Source of the DNA: an uncultured Candidatus Saccharimonadales bacterium | GTDB lineage: Bacteria > Patescibacteriota > Saccharimonadia > UBA4664 | Assembly (NCBI GenBank): GCA_964467655.1 | Contig: CAYXSN010000004.1 | Coordinates: forward strand, 19,906-83,905 | Direction: 5' to 3' | Length of the DNA stretch: 64,000 nt | In this document: positions 1 to 10,400 of the stretch, piece after piece | How positions within the stretch are numbered: position 1 is the stretch's first letter | How the letters are laid out: each line of letters starts with the position of its first letter | Program-made: the position numbers and the translations under genes | The notes under the pieces: generated by a model | Told to the model about the DNA's origin: nothing | Database searches by the model: none | Seen by the model: the letters and a program-made list of their open reading frames with translations, nothing else

Positions 1-1263
1 CTCTTGGCAATGAGCTTGCTAGTTGCCGGCGGTGCCATATATGGCCTCAACCTGACGCTGGGCGCCGGGACCTGGCCGGCCCTGATGGGTGGCTTATTCT
101 ACCTACTCAACCCCTACTCCATCGACAGGTTGTGGAGCGGCCAATGGCGGGTGTTGGCCGGCTATGCAGCGGCGCCGGTGGTTGTCTGGCTGGCGGTACT
201 GGCACTGCGCCGCGGTGGCCGCTGGTGGTGGGTATTGGCTCTGAGCTATGCTGTGATGCCGGCCATTAGTCAACACTGGTGGCTGATGTTGACGCTCGCC
301 GGCGGTCCGGTGCTGCTGACGGCAGCCTGGCGGCGCGGCCGATTTCCCTGGCGACACCTACTCGTCAGCGGTCTGATTAACCTGGCTTGGATAGTGGCAC
401 TGAGGGATGAGTCAGGTGTCAGCCAACTCCAGCCGGCCGACAGCACCAGCTTTGGAGCGGTGGCGACGTTGCCGGGCGGCCTGCCGCTTACGGTGTTAGG
501 CCTGGGTGGCTTTTGGTACCATCCTTTCGATTTCCTACCGGGGATTGACTACTTGTGGCTGATGCTCGTGGCCGGGTTGCTAGCGGCCAGTGTACTGGGT
601 TGGCGGCTGGTGGTTTGGCGCCGGCGGGCGCTGGCAATTGTGCTAGCCGGCTGCTGGTTCGTTGTGGCTGGAGTCATCATGCTCTCGGGTTGGGCGCCGG
701 CCCAGCCAGTCGTCCAGCGTGTTGTGGCCACAGTGCCGGGCCTGGTGGGCCTCAGAGAACTCACCAAGCTGACAGGTTTGCTGGCACTTGGCTATGCCAC
801 GTTGGCGCCGCTTGGTCTGACACTGTGGCGGTTCGAGCGATGGGCGGCAGTGAGTGGCGTGGCGATCATTGCCTTGGCTATGGCGCCGGCTTACGGGGGT
901 GGACCATACATCAAAACCTATCATTTTCCCAGTGGCTGGACTGAAGCCAAGGTGTATCTCGACCGCCAGCCACAGCGGCGGGTGGTGGCACTACCCTACG
1001 CCGGTTATCTGGTAGCACCCTGGGCCGGTGACAGGCTGGTGGCCAACCAGGCGCCGGGCTACTTCGGCCATGACGTCATTGCCGGTAGTAGCACTGGTAA
1101 CGCCGACTATGATAGCCGCCGGGGCAATAGTGGCAGTGTCACGCTTGCCGATCTGACAACCTTACGGCCGACCCATATTGTGGGTGCTCACTACCAACAA
1201 TCTGACGTTGAGTCCCGCGGAGCTGACAGCGGCCGGCTGGGAGATAGCGGTGAGCAATCCTGA
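1..1263 (+). CDS. polytopic membrane protein, 5'-partial (possible GT-C-type glycosyltransferase)
   Basis: The reading frame is open from base 1, so the gene starts upstream of the window. It has many hydrophobic helices and then a soluble C-terminal domain. High GC with GC-rich third codon positions. Function is inferred only from architecture. Confidence 0.5.
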   Translation, partial: LLAMSLLVAGGAIYGLNLTLGAGTWPALMGGLFYLLNPYSIDRLWSGQWRVLAGYAAAPVVVWLAVLALRRGGRWWWVLALSYAVMPAISQHWWLMLTLAGGPVLLTAAWRRGRFPWRHLLVSGLINLAWIVALRDESGVSQLQPADSTSFGAVATLPGGLPLTVLGLGGFWYHPFDFLPGIDYLWLMLVAGLLAASVLGWRLVVWRRRALAIVLAGCWFVVAGVIMLSGWAPAQPVVQRVVATVPGLVGLRELTKLTGLLALGYATLAPLGLTLWRFERWAAVSGVAIIALAMAPAYGGGPYIKTYHFPSGWTEAKVYLDRQPQRRVVALPYAGYLVAPWAGDRLVANQAPGYFGHDVIAGSSTGNADYDSRRGNSGSVTLADLTTLRPTHIVGAHYQQSDVESRGADSGRLGDSGEQS

Positions 1264-1348
1264 TGCCGTCGTGTGGACAAAATAGCAATATTGTTTTACT
1301 ATGTGGCCACTCGTACCTTCCTATTCCGAATGAGAGTGGTGAATCACC

Positions 1349-2626
1349 ATGGGCGACGACCTGCCCGAATTCGATCTCAACGACACGGATCACAAATTAC
1401 TCAAATTTGACTACTCCCACTATCTGACCATGCAGCAGATCCGGCGCTTCGCGATCTGGCTAGATTTTGTGCCGACTCTCATCCTCGCATTGCTGACTGC
1501 CGGCTTTATTATTACCGCCGCTCAGGGCTTCAGGTATTGGTTTGTGGGCTTCTTTGGCCTGTTGGCGCTCTTGATCTTGTGGCGTGTAATGCGCTACCGC
1601 ATCTACTCAACCACCGCCTTCAATAACCGCGCTCAGATGCAACGCACGCACCAGGCTGAGATTGAGGCTCAGCAGAGAGCCACTGATGCCGAGTTGACCC
1701 AGCTTTTGAAACAGGCTCAAGATCCTGACCATCCCGACTATGAAGCAGCCCGAGCCGCAATCCACAGGTGCTTGTTTGAGCGTGGCCATCCTCTCTTCCA
1801 GGCGGCTTGGCGGCTGGAACTGACGAGTGCCGTCAGGACCATCGCTGAAGCCATTGAGGCCGACAGGCAGTTGGCCGACCTCAGGCCGGCGGTTGATCGG
1901 GCCCTGGAATCGCTGGCTATGGCTCGCGGGCGAGCAGAGAACGCGCAGTTGCCGACACTTGCTCGCATTAAGGCATGCCGGGGCTGGCGGCGATTGTGCA
2001 GCGCCACCAATGAGCTGATACTGACATATTCTTTAGGTGATCGGTCGATCCTGTCGGCAACCATTAAGGCATTGCACGAAGATGACAGGATTTCCGGCCT
2101 ACCGTCATCTATCGAAGCGGCTTGGCGAACCGAGTATGCGCTACGTTGGCAACTCCTGCAAGCCGCGCTTGAGCTCAATGACCAGACATTGCCCCTCGAT
2201 CAGGATGCCTTGCGCGAGCATCGTGATTGGATCTGGCGCTACGTCCAGCCCGATGGCTTCATGCGGGGGCGACCTTACGACCGACACCTCCCCGATGATT
2301 GGGACCAGGTGGTGGTGGCCGTCATCGAGCCGCGCACTATCGATCTCGCTGATTGGTACGACTATCTCAGCTTCGACCGGGCTGCTTCGGTGGAGGTAGC
2401 CACCTGGTTCGTGCGCTCGGTGGTTGAGGCCATCAGGAAGCGAGAGTCGCTCTCAATGGTGATGTCGGCAGAGCTTCTGATTGCCGCCTATTACCTGCAC
2501 CACCGTACCGATGTCAGCGGTTCCATCAACGAGGACGACAGAGAAGTCGTCTTGGGTTGTCATCATAGGTTGGCGCAACCGTACCGGCCCCGGCTGCGCC
2601 TGTTGACACCGGCTCACCATCGATGA
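1349..2626 (+). CDS. hypothetical membrane-anchored alpha-helical protein
   Basis: 425-aa ORF with two N-terminal TM helices followed by a long helical/coiled region. It is followed by a palindromic terminator. No family recognised. Confidence 0.55.
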   Translation: MGDDLPEFDLNDTDHKLLKFDYSHYLTMQQIRRFAIWLDFVPTLILALLTAGFIITAAQGFRYWFVGFFGLLALLILWRVMRYRIYSTTAFNNRAQMQRTHQAEIEAQQRATDAELTQLLKQAQDPDHPDYEAARAAIHRCLFERGHPLFQAAWRLELTSAVRTIAEAIEADRQLADLRPAVDRALESLAMARGRAENAQLPTLARIKACRGWRRLCSATNELILTYSLGDRSILSATIKALHEDDRISGLPSSIEAAWRTEYALRWQLLQAALELNDQTLPLDQDALREHRDWIWRYVQPDGFMRGRPYDRHLPDDWDQVVVAVIEPRTIDLADWYDYLSFDRAASVEVATWFVRSVVEAIRKRESLSMVMSAELLIAAYYLHHRTDVSGSINEDDREVVLGCHHRLAQPYRPRLRLLTPAHHR

Positions 2627-2638
2627 CAGTACAAACAA

Positions 2639-2668
2639 CGCCCGGATCCCCCTCAAGGGATCCGGGCG
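2639..2668 (+). terminator. palindromic hairpin cgcccggatccc-cctcaa-gggatccgggcg followed by a T-run (repeat family R1, copy 1)
   Basis: 12-bp perfect stem seen directly, followed by cttttactg. It lies 13 nt after the stop of the 1349..2626 gene. Confidence 0.7.
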
Positions 2669-2833
2669 CTTTTACTGCCTGGTACTAACCGAGGTACAAG
2701 TTGCCCTCTTTTGTTGAACTTCGCTGACAGAAGAAGTTGCCTATTCTGCAGTTGACAGCAAGGGCGAAACGCAACCGGATCGAATGCGGCGGGCCCTTTC
2801 TGGCAATCTTGGGATCCGCCGAGACTCCAGGCT

Positions 2834-3106
2834 TTAAAATCGGAACATTCTCGGCTCGCGTACCGCTTGGACCGGCCTGACGCAGCGGTTGACCGTAGCG
2901 ATCAAGGTGACCGTGCCGATCGTGCCCTCGGCATCGCCAAGAGACATTGTCGGCCTGACGGTTACCGCGCAGGCCACTGCCGGCGCCTGTTGGTTGACTG
3001 CCAAAGTAGCTTGGGCCGGCGCCATGAGGACACCGATAATTGCCATCAACAGACCCAACATTGCGCTACGCCATCTGGCTTTCGCGGAAGCAACGGTTGT
3101 GGACAT
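2834..3106 (-). CDS. small secreted protein (signal peptide), hypothetical
   Basis: 90 aa with a signal-peptide-like N-terminus (AMLGLLMAIIGVLMAPAQA). It overlaps plus-strand ORFs of similar size, so the strand assignment is uncertain. Confidence 0.3.
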   Translation of the reverse strand: MSTTVASAKARWRSAMLGLLMAIIGVLMAPAQATLAVNQQAPAVACAVTVRPTMSLGDAEGTIGTVTLIATVNRCVRPVQAVREPRMFRF

Positions 3107-3269
3107 CTGACTTATTTCACATCCTTCTGCGATAGGAGGTACATCATTTTGACGGTCTGATTATATAACATTTTGTTTATTCTGGCTAGTCTTTGAGCTT
3201 GACCAGTGTGATTATTTATTGTAATGTATAACGGTTCCGACAGGCTTCCTCTAGGAAGGACTTTTACAG

Positions 3270-4490
3270 GTGAATCGTAACTGGAGAACCGTGATGGTTA
3301 CCCTGGGCTTGGCGATACTCGCCACTCTGGGCATGATGGCGCCGGCATCAGCTGGCACCATCATGAACAATGCCGCAGCAGCCCTCAAGACCCAGGATTT
3401 GTACGTCGATCCCGGGGCGGCTATTCAGCCGTCTGCTGCCGATATGGCAGCCATCGACCAACTCCTGGCCAACACGCTCTACCCCACCAAGGTGGCCATT
3501 CTGCCGGGCAGCGTCAAGAACGAGCTGACCAATGGTAGTGCCGACTGGCTGGCGGCCGATGTGGCCAACCAGACCCATGTGGGCGCCACCTATGCGGTAC
3601 TGGCGGGCACCCCGAGTGGCAAGTGGGCCTTTCGGGCTGTCGACACCAGCAACCATCTGGGTGAACGGGTCAAGAGTTTGGCGAACTCCGCTTATCAGCG
3701 GAATTCATCCAACCCCTTGACTGCTTTGCGGGCATTCTTGGTGTCGCTGCCCCAGAAGGCGGCGCCGGCAGCTACCCAGCCGAATGTTGTGCCACCAGTG
3801 CAACAGCCGGCTCAACCTCAGAACCAGCCTCAGGCCCAGCAGCCGGCCAAGTCCGGCGGTGGCCACGGTTGGCTGTGGCTCGTTCTGATTGTCGTGGTCA
3901 TTGGACTAGTGGGTGGCTACTTACTCTTGAGGCTGTTCGGATCTCACGAGGATGACTCGGGAGATGTGGATTTCCGGCCAGGCTCCAGTCCGACACCCCC
4001 TGGACCGTTGTTCGACACCGCCTTCGAGCCTCCACCGGCTACTGCTTATGGTTCGTATGAACCCGAGCAGACTACGGCGGCCGGCATGATACCGACTCCG
4101 ACTCCGGCTACCCACTACCGCACGCTGCCGCGGAGTACGCGATCGGGCGGCGGCGGCGATGTCCCGTCGCGGGCGCCGCATCGTGATAGCTATCACGGGC
4201 ACCGTCGCGATGGTCGGGGTGGCTACGGCGACCCGGGTACCGGTTCGTACGTACCTCCTGTGGTCGTGACCCCGAACCCACAGGGCGATCAGCCGCATAC
4301 CTATCAGGCACCCGATCCTGAACCTGTTCGCCAGGTGACGGCCAGTGACTCTGGTGGCGGTGGCGACACAGGTAACAGCTCGAGCGGCTTCTTTGACTCG
4401 AGTAGTGGGGGCTGGGGCTCCGATTCGGGCTCCAGTTCTGATCCGTCACCGGCCTCCGACCAGAATTCCGGCGGCGGCGGCGACCTGTAA
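3270..4490 (+). CDS. membrane-anchored protein with signal peptide, extracytoplasmic domain, one TM helix and a long Gly/Ser/Pro/Asp-rich low-complexity tail
   Basis: GTG start preceded by a ggaagga RBS. Signal peptide, then a TM segment (WLWLVLIVVVIGLVGGYLLL), then about 200 aa of low-complexity sequence (SGGGGD repeats). Confidence 0.6.
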   Translation: MNRNWRTVMVTLGLAILATLGMMAPASAGTIMNNAAAALKTQDLYVDPGAAIQPSAADMAAIDQLLANTLYPTKVAILPGSVKNELTNGSADWLAADVANQTHVGATYAVLAGTPSGKWAFRAVDTSNHLGERVKSLANSAYQRNSSNPLTALRAFLVSLPQKAAPAATQPNVVPPVQQPAQPQNQPQAQQPAKSGGGHGWLWLVLIVVVIGLVGGYLLLRLFGSHEDDSGDVDFRPGSSPTPPGPLFDTAFEPPPATAYGSYEPEQTTAAGMIPTPTPATHYRTLPRSTRSGGGGDVPSRAPHRDSYHGHRRDGRGGYGDPGTGSYVPPVVVTPNPQGDQPHTYQAPDPEPVRQVTASDSGGGGDTGNSSSGFFDSSSGGWGSDSGSSSDPSPASDQNSGGGGDL

Positions 4491-4501
4491 CACCCTCCGG
4501 G

Positions 4502-4550
4502 TGGGACCTGGCCTTTTGGCCTGGTCCCACCCGGTTGTTTATTTATACTC
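4502..4550 (+). terminator. intrinsic terminator hairpin ccgggtgggacc...ggtcccacccgg followed by ttgtttatttat
   Basis: 12-bp stem and a T-rich tract, 12 nt after the stop of the 3270..4490 gene. Confidence 0.65.
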
Positions 4551-4578
4551 AATATCCTCAAGTAGCCACCACGTAGAA

Positions 4579-4608
4579 CGCCCAGATCCCCCTCAAGGGA
4601 TCCGGGCG
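4579..4608 (+). repeat. repeat family R1, copy 2 (cgcccagatccccctcaagggatccgggcg)
   Basis: Differs from the 2639..2668 copy at one base. Same palindromic hairpin. Confidence 0.7.
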
Positions 4609-4915
4609 TTGTGTTACACCGTCCGGGGGTTTTGCCCCGACCGTTTCGGCTTTGGAGGAACTTGGGCAGTCGAACCGCCCTTGTTCTCTACCGCCGGCAC
4701 TTCCGGCCGGGCGTCGGGCCGATGTGGACCGGGATCGCCGGTCCAGGGATTTCCACACATCGTGAGCCTCCCAAATGTTGGGTGTGGGGTGGATTTAGCA
4801 TTTTTTATTATATAACTTTATCTAGTTCTTGTCCATATAGACATTTCAGGCCTGTATGGTATCGTCGTATTTGTCCAAGATTGATCGATCCCCCTGCACC
4901 CCAGAAAGGCAGATT

Positions 4916-5557
4916 ATGACTGAGCATCCGCTCATGAGCCCGCCTGAGCCTGGGCCAAAGATCCAGCGCCTCAGTCAACTACCAGATGGGACGGTTCGAC
5001 TATCCCTCGAACGGGCATTGAAGGCCGCACCGGTTTTGTTTGGCCACATGTCGGACACGCCGGATCTGGATACCGTCGCTCTTGGCATCTTTGATCGTCC
5101 GGCTGGCGACCTGCCCCCGGGTTGTGCCCGCGACCGGGCATGCCCGTATGACGACACCGGTATCCATAGCCGGTCGGTCATGCTGCCGTTGCAAGTGGCC
5201 AGCCATGTAGGCGCTCGGGCAACCGACTCGACTGAAGGCAGGCTCAATCCCGAGACTATCAGGTACATCCAGGCTCATTCAGCGACGTATTTTGCGTCAT
5301 CAAACTGGCTGACCCACCAGCGACGCGAGGCCCGGCCCGGTGATACTCGTTCCTATGGTGCAGTTGTCATCAGAGTACGGGTCGGTAATCGGGCATTGAG
5401 CTTCACTGTCGCTGTCAGCAGTGCGGCCCCACCCCACCGGGACCAAGAACTGGCCTATCTGGTGGGCAATGCCGTTGTTGCCGACCTCACAGCTAGCGAA
5501 CTGATCGTGCCCATATTGCCTGAATCCCCTACCTTTGTGCTGCGGCCGCCGTTCTGA
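4916..5557 (+). CDS. hypothetical protein
   Basis: The ORF is 4856..5557. ATG 4916 (MTEHPLMS) is the likelier start. It is followed by a hairpin terminator at about 5600..5635. Confidence 0.45.
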   Translation: MTEHPLMSPPEPGPKIQRLSQLPDGTVRLSLERALKAAPVLFGHMSDTPDLDTVALGIFDRPAGDLPPGCARDRACPYDDTGIHSRSVMLPLQVASHVGARATDSTEGRLNPETIRYIQAHSATYFASSNWLTHQRREARPGDTRSYGAVVIRVRVGNRALSFTVAVSSAAPPHRDQELAYLVGNAVVADLTASELIVPILPESPTFVLRPPF

Positions 5558-5641
5558 CTGGCGCAGCCAATTGACACAACCCCCAGAGCCCCGGACATAT
5601 GATGATGTCCGGGGCTGTACTTTTGTCAGATGAAACGTTTG

Positions 5642-6055
5642 TTAGTCGAGAATGTCGATATTACACCACGAACTAGCACCGCCCGGTGCATTGTTGGCAA
5701 ACCATACCCGTACCCATACGCCGCCACTGGTGTAGCCGCCGTGGTTCGGAGTGAAGGTAGTAGAGCTCGCTGTTCTGGTTTGAGTCCATACGAGCTGACT
5801 TTGATTGGCGTAAATCTCAACGGTGATGTCGGATCTCGAAAATGGTACCGAATTTGACGCACTCACACTCTTGGCGATCGATACACCATTGGCTACGTCC
5901 CAGGTGACCGTGGCGTTATGCTTGCCTGCAATATTCCAACATGAGCCTGATCGACTGTAGACCGAGGCATGAGCGGGCACGAAGGGCACCAATGTTGCAA
6001 CTAACATGCCAGCTACAACGGCGAACATTTTCAGCGAACGAGGAATACTAACCAT
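5642..6055 (-). CDS. small secreted protein (signal peptide, two Cys), hypothetical
   Basis: 137 aa. N-terminal signal peptide (MFAVVAGMLVATLVPFVPAHA). AT-rich promoter region upstream (6060..6280). Confidence 0.6.
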   Translation of the reverse strand: MVSIPRSLKMFAVVAGMLVATLVPFVPAHASVYSRSGSCWNIAGKHNATVTWDVANGVSIAKSVSASNSVPFSRSDITVEIYANQSQLVWTQTRTASSTTFTPNHGGYTSGGVWVRVWFANNAPGGASSWCNIDILD

Positions 6056-6284
6056 CGCAAACTCCTTATATTATTCTTATGTTTTTAACATATATCAGGT
6101 AACGACGCCCTTTTATGAGTAAACGGTCCAATTCTTGAGGTAATGAGATTCACAATTTTTGGTGTTTTGACTGAACTGATCAAGAGCGCAAGTCACGCGG
6201 GCTTAATGCTGTACAATGCTCGTATAATGTGGTATGGTTTGCCCTGTTCATTGTGTTAGTTTCGGCTGAGGAGGTATCCGCCAG

Positions 6285-7049
6285 ATGAGGTGGACTCAGA
6301 GATACCGATTACTCATCGCAATCCTGGCTGCGATCTTGATTGTGGTTGTGATCATGCCGTGGTTGCTGCATGTCGCCACTAGTGCCGATAGCGCACCCAC
6401 TGCAGCGCCAAGACCGACCCCCAGCAAAGCTGGTCTGATGCCTACACCGGTACCGGTCGTGCCAAGCTGCCTGCTGACTACACCGGTTACTCGGTCGCCA
6501 GCCGGTACGCCCGCGGACTTCCGAGCTAACGCTCCGGTTGGCCAAGGCCCGCAGCACAAGGAAAGCAGCATGAGCTTCGGTTGGAGTCTGGCTCCCACTG
6601 GACTCAACCCGACGGCTCTGGACAGCATGAGCGCGAACGAGGCCAAGAGGGCGGCTACCCTTGCGGTTATCAATCTCGCCCAGTATGTCTGCGAGAACCC
6701 ATTGCAGGCCATGAGCGTGCTCGTTGGCCTCGACTGGACCTGGGACCCCGCAACCACGCCATTGACTCATCAAGAGATGGTGGACAAGATCTGGCGGTTG
6801 GCCGATGAATGGCAGCGCCCATCCCTGGTCTACGAAGCACCGTTCGTGGCGGGTGAGGCCGTCACCTATCAGGTGCTTCGCGGTAGCGCGCCAGTAGTGC
6901 AGTCTACCCTGTACCGCTATGAGGGACCCCGGTTGTTCCTGACGACCAAGGGTTCCTATGGCACAAAGCGTTATTTGATTGACCTCCAAAGCGGTGGCCA
7001 GGTGGTTGACCAGCTTGACCACACCAACAGCTTCTTATCGAGGGGCTGA
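6285..7049 (+). CDS. membrane-anchored hypothetical protein (N-terminal TM helix, Pro/Thr-rich linker, globular domain)
   Basis: 254-aa ORF with an aggagg RBS upstream. One TM helix (LLIAILAAILIVVVIM). Confidence 0.55.
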   Translation: MRWTQRYRLLIAILAAILIVVVIMPWLLHVATSADSAPTAAPRPTPSKAGLMPTPVPVVPSCLLTTPVTRSPAGTPADFRANAPVGQGPQHKESSMSFGWSLAPTGLNPTALDSMSANEAKRAATLAVINLAQYVCENPLQAMSVLVGLDWTWDPATTPLTHQEMVDKIWRLADEWQRPSLVYEAPFVAGEAVTYQVLRGSAPVVQSTLYRYEGPRLFLTTKGSYGTKRYLIDLQSGGQVVDQLDHTNSFLSRG

Positions 7050-7097
7050 AGTTCTACTCGGGCCCGGATGACACCAGTCGTCCGGGCCCATACCATT

Positions 7098-7394
7098 CTA
7101 GGCTTCGAGCTTGACTAACCGGTAGCTATGGTTGGTCACGGCATCCTTGATAATACCCAGCTCGCTCTCGATTTGTTCGAAACGTTCGTCGATTTGCTCG
7201 AAGCGCTGGTCGATCTGTTCGAAACGTTCGTCGATTTGGTCGAAGCGCTCATCCATCTGGGCAAACCGGTCATCTATCGCCAAAAACTGCTCGGCGCAAG
7301 CTGTGGCCAGATTATTGATATCGCCTTGAATTGCCTGAAACCGCGGTTCGAGCGCTTCTTTGATGAGATTGATATCGGTAGGAGTGAGAGCCAT
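7098..7394 (-). CDS. small coiled-coil protein with tandem heptad repeats (DERFEQI x5)
   Basis: Internal ATG at 7394 (MALTPTD). The longer listed ORF overlaps the promoter region. The DNA carries 42-bp tandem repeats at 7176..7259. Confidence 0.55.
   Translation of the reverse strand: MALTPTDINLIKEALEPRFQAIQGDINNLATACAEQFLAIDDRFAQMDERFDQIDERFEQIDQRFEQIDERFEQIESELGIIKDAVTNHSYRLVKLEA
7176..7259. repeat. tandem 42-bp repeat x2 (ttcgaaacgttcgtcgatttgNtcgaagcgctNNtcNatctg), with an underlying 21-nt period
   Basis: Seen directly. It encodes the DERFxQI heptads of the 7098..7394 gene. Confidence 0.85.
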
Positions 7395-7486
7395 AGCGTA
7401 ACCTTTCTGAAAGCTTATTGTAGCAATATTGTTACCAACATTATACCGTACAAAAGCCGTATGTGCCAGATACGGGCTGCACCATT

Positions 7487-10400
7487 TTATAACCGCACAA
7501 TCCGCCGAGCTGGTTTGCTTGCACGAGGCGATGCGCCGCCCTGGCTCTTCGGCCGGGTGCCGCCGCTCCCCCGTCGTCGGCGCCAGTGTCGCCAACCTGT
7601 CATGCCCAAGTAGCCCAGACACCCGGCGAGGGTGAGGCCGCTGATGATGAGACCAACATAAAACCAACGCTGCGGTGTAAACTCGGCCACCAGCTCCAGA
7701 TCGTAGGTGCCGTCGGGATTGGCGTGGCAGAGGTTTTGTTGTTTGCAGAGCTTGTCGACGTCGATGTACCAACCGTTGGCAAAGTCGTTGAGCTTGAAGT
7801 GGTCGCTATCGGCGATGGCGTCGGGTTTGGCCCAGGGGACCCAGCTGTTGATGCCCTGAACTTTGCCGTTATTGATTTCGAGGCGCCATTTCGAAAAGTA
7901 GTTTTGGTTCATGGCTAGATAAAATGGCTTTTCTGCCGACTTGACGCTGATACTATGCTTTACCGGACTAGCCGTGTGATGCTCTACCGATTTTGGCATC
8001 GAGGTAATGGTGGGACTATCAGATAACAGAACGTATTTGCCCGTGATGTTTGGCAGCCGGTCTAGCTTCATATCGCTGTATTCAACAACATTTACTTTGC
8101 CTGATTGGGGCTCATAGGCATACAAATATATCGTTGCGCTTGTGGCGCCAGCAGGTGCTTTGAACTTGATTGATGCCTGCGTACTCCCGCCGCTCTGTTC
8201 TGACCCTTTTAACCGATCCGACAGGTATGTTCCGGCCGGGTCATTGAAGCCAATATAGTAGCCAGCCGCAGTGTCACTTGAGGGCTTGTACTCAAAGTCG
8301 AGCATGTAGTCTCCCGAATCGACGACACTTACGTTTGTATTGGCACAGGCAATGTGATTGCGCGACGTGAGCTTAACCAACGAGCCGGGTCCGCGTTTGT
8401 CGACTACCAGACTAATGTCTGAGCGCTCGTCGGACGCACTACAATCGACTACCTTTTGGGGCCAATCATTCAGGTATCGCCTTTCGAAATTATTGGGAGT
8501 TCCGACATATTCAGCATTACTGACTTGTGTGTTGCCTATCGCCTTTTTAACCACCTGGTCGGCAGCGATGAGCTTGACTGCTTGGCTCTCGATAACTTCA
8601 TATACCGAAACATTGGCATAGCGCGCCACATTTGTCTTATCGATATCAGTCCCAGAAAACGCATACAAGAAGAAGTTCGAAGCATCGACATTTGCTGGGG
8701 TGGTCACGATCTTAGAGTAACGGTGCCATGAGTCATCGGCGGTGTTGGTCGACCAGCTACTATTTATCTCGCTGCCTTTACCCGCATAGATGGCATACCC
8801 GATCTTGGAGTGACTTGGACTGGCATAGTCAAAACTGATCAGGTATTGTTTGCCGCTTTGCAACGTAACGCCAGTGCGAGTACATGCAATGTGTCCCTTG
8901 GCGACTAATTCCAGTGCCTTCGTGGCTTGCTTGGCGTCCTTATCGAGGAGCCGCATGCTCAACTCTGCCCGCGAGCTTTCAATGGCACAGTCTTCCACTT
9001 TGGGTTGCCAGAGGCCCCTACTGAAATCGCCGTTTTGTATCATATTTTCATCACGTGCCGAGATTACTTTTGCCGTTGTCGCTCCTTGGCGGTTGGCAAT
9101 CTCGACGGGATTATCTGAGCTGATCGGCGTATAGCTGTTGTTGGCTTCAACGAAGTAGCGTCTCTGTGGGCGCCGCTCGATTGATGTGGTTTCGTATTTC
9201 TGCTGATCTTGCCTAAAAGGTGTGGTGCCATCGAGGGTTAGCAGGCCTTCATCATGGGCAGAGATGGTGATTCTTGTAGCATCGCTCACGGCGCGGATGA
9301 CAGGAGCGCTGGCAGTCTTGTACAGCGTGGCCGGCTGACTGTCGGTGGCAACCACCGGCTGGTCGTGAATTCTACCTGAAATCGGATCGATATTGGCGGT
9401 GGTTACGTTTGCAAATAGTGGCTCAATATGAGCTGTTGGCATCTTTACGTTATCGGTCGTGTAGTAATAATTTGGCTTGGCCAAGGTTGCTGTCACAAAT
9501 TCATTGACTGCTTTAAAATTATTGCGTCCCGTAAAGCTATACAGATTGTCGGTAACTGAAATGAATTCCTTGGGTTGTGGGTCGATCAGTTCATAGACCG
9601 CCAGATTGGGCGTGTCCATCTTTTGCTTGAAATGGCCGGATTTTTGGATGCCGTTTTGGAGATCATGAATGCTCAAGGGCGATTTACCGTAGGCATGCGC
9701 CCAATCGTAGTTACTGTCCTTGCGCACCACAACGTATTTGATATTACGTCTGGCGAGGTTGGCCGTCTGGACGTCTGTAGCAGTAAAATCGGCTTCAACG
9801 TCGTAATTGAACTTATCAATGGTGGCACCGCCGATATCAGTTGAAATGATGGACGTGCCCGATAGTAGCCTCAAGATGTCGTTGCCAATATAACCTTCTT
9901 TTCCATCGCCCCACTTACTCGATATCCAGGCTGTGTGTTGCAGCGGCAAGGACAGGGTTAGGGCATGAGCATCGGCCTTGAGAAAATCCGCTACTTGATA
10001 GTAGTCTTGTGGTATTGCTATCTGGGCGGCTGGTCTAATGCCATTGTTTGAATTAAAGATCTGGCCGGTCCAAACAGGGAATCCCAGCACCATAATGATG
10101 AGCGCTGCAACCGAGCGATACCATAACGCCTTGGCGCTACTTACCCTCAGTGGGATCGAAAAAGCCAAGAATAAGGTTAGTAGGTAGCCGAGGGCAACAA
10201 TAATGCCGAGTTTTTCGTAGGCCGCCCGGAACGCCAAAAATGGTACCGGAAATGTCTGGAATAGGAATACAAAGAAGCCGCCGAAGGGTTCGTGCGAGCC
10301 TTTGGCTAGGAAACTACCAACCAATACCATAGCTACTGCCAGTATGACCAGCCGCCAAGCTTTGCGGAGGATGTTTTGGTTGAGTAGTACAACAATAAGA

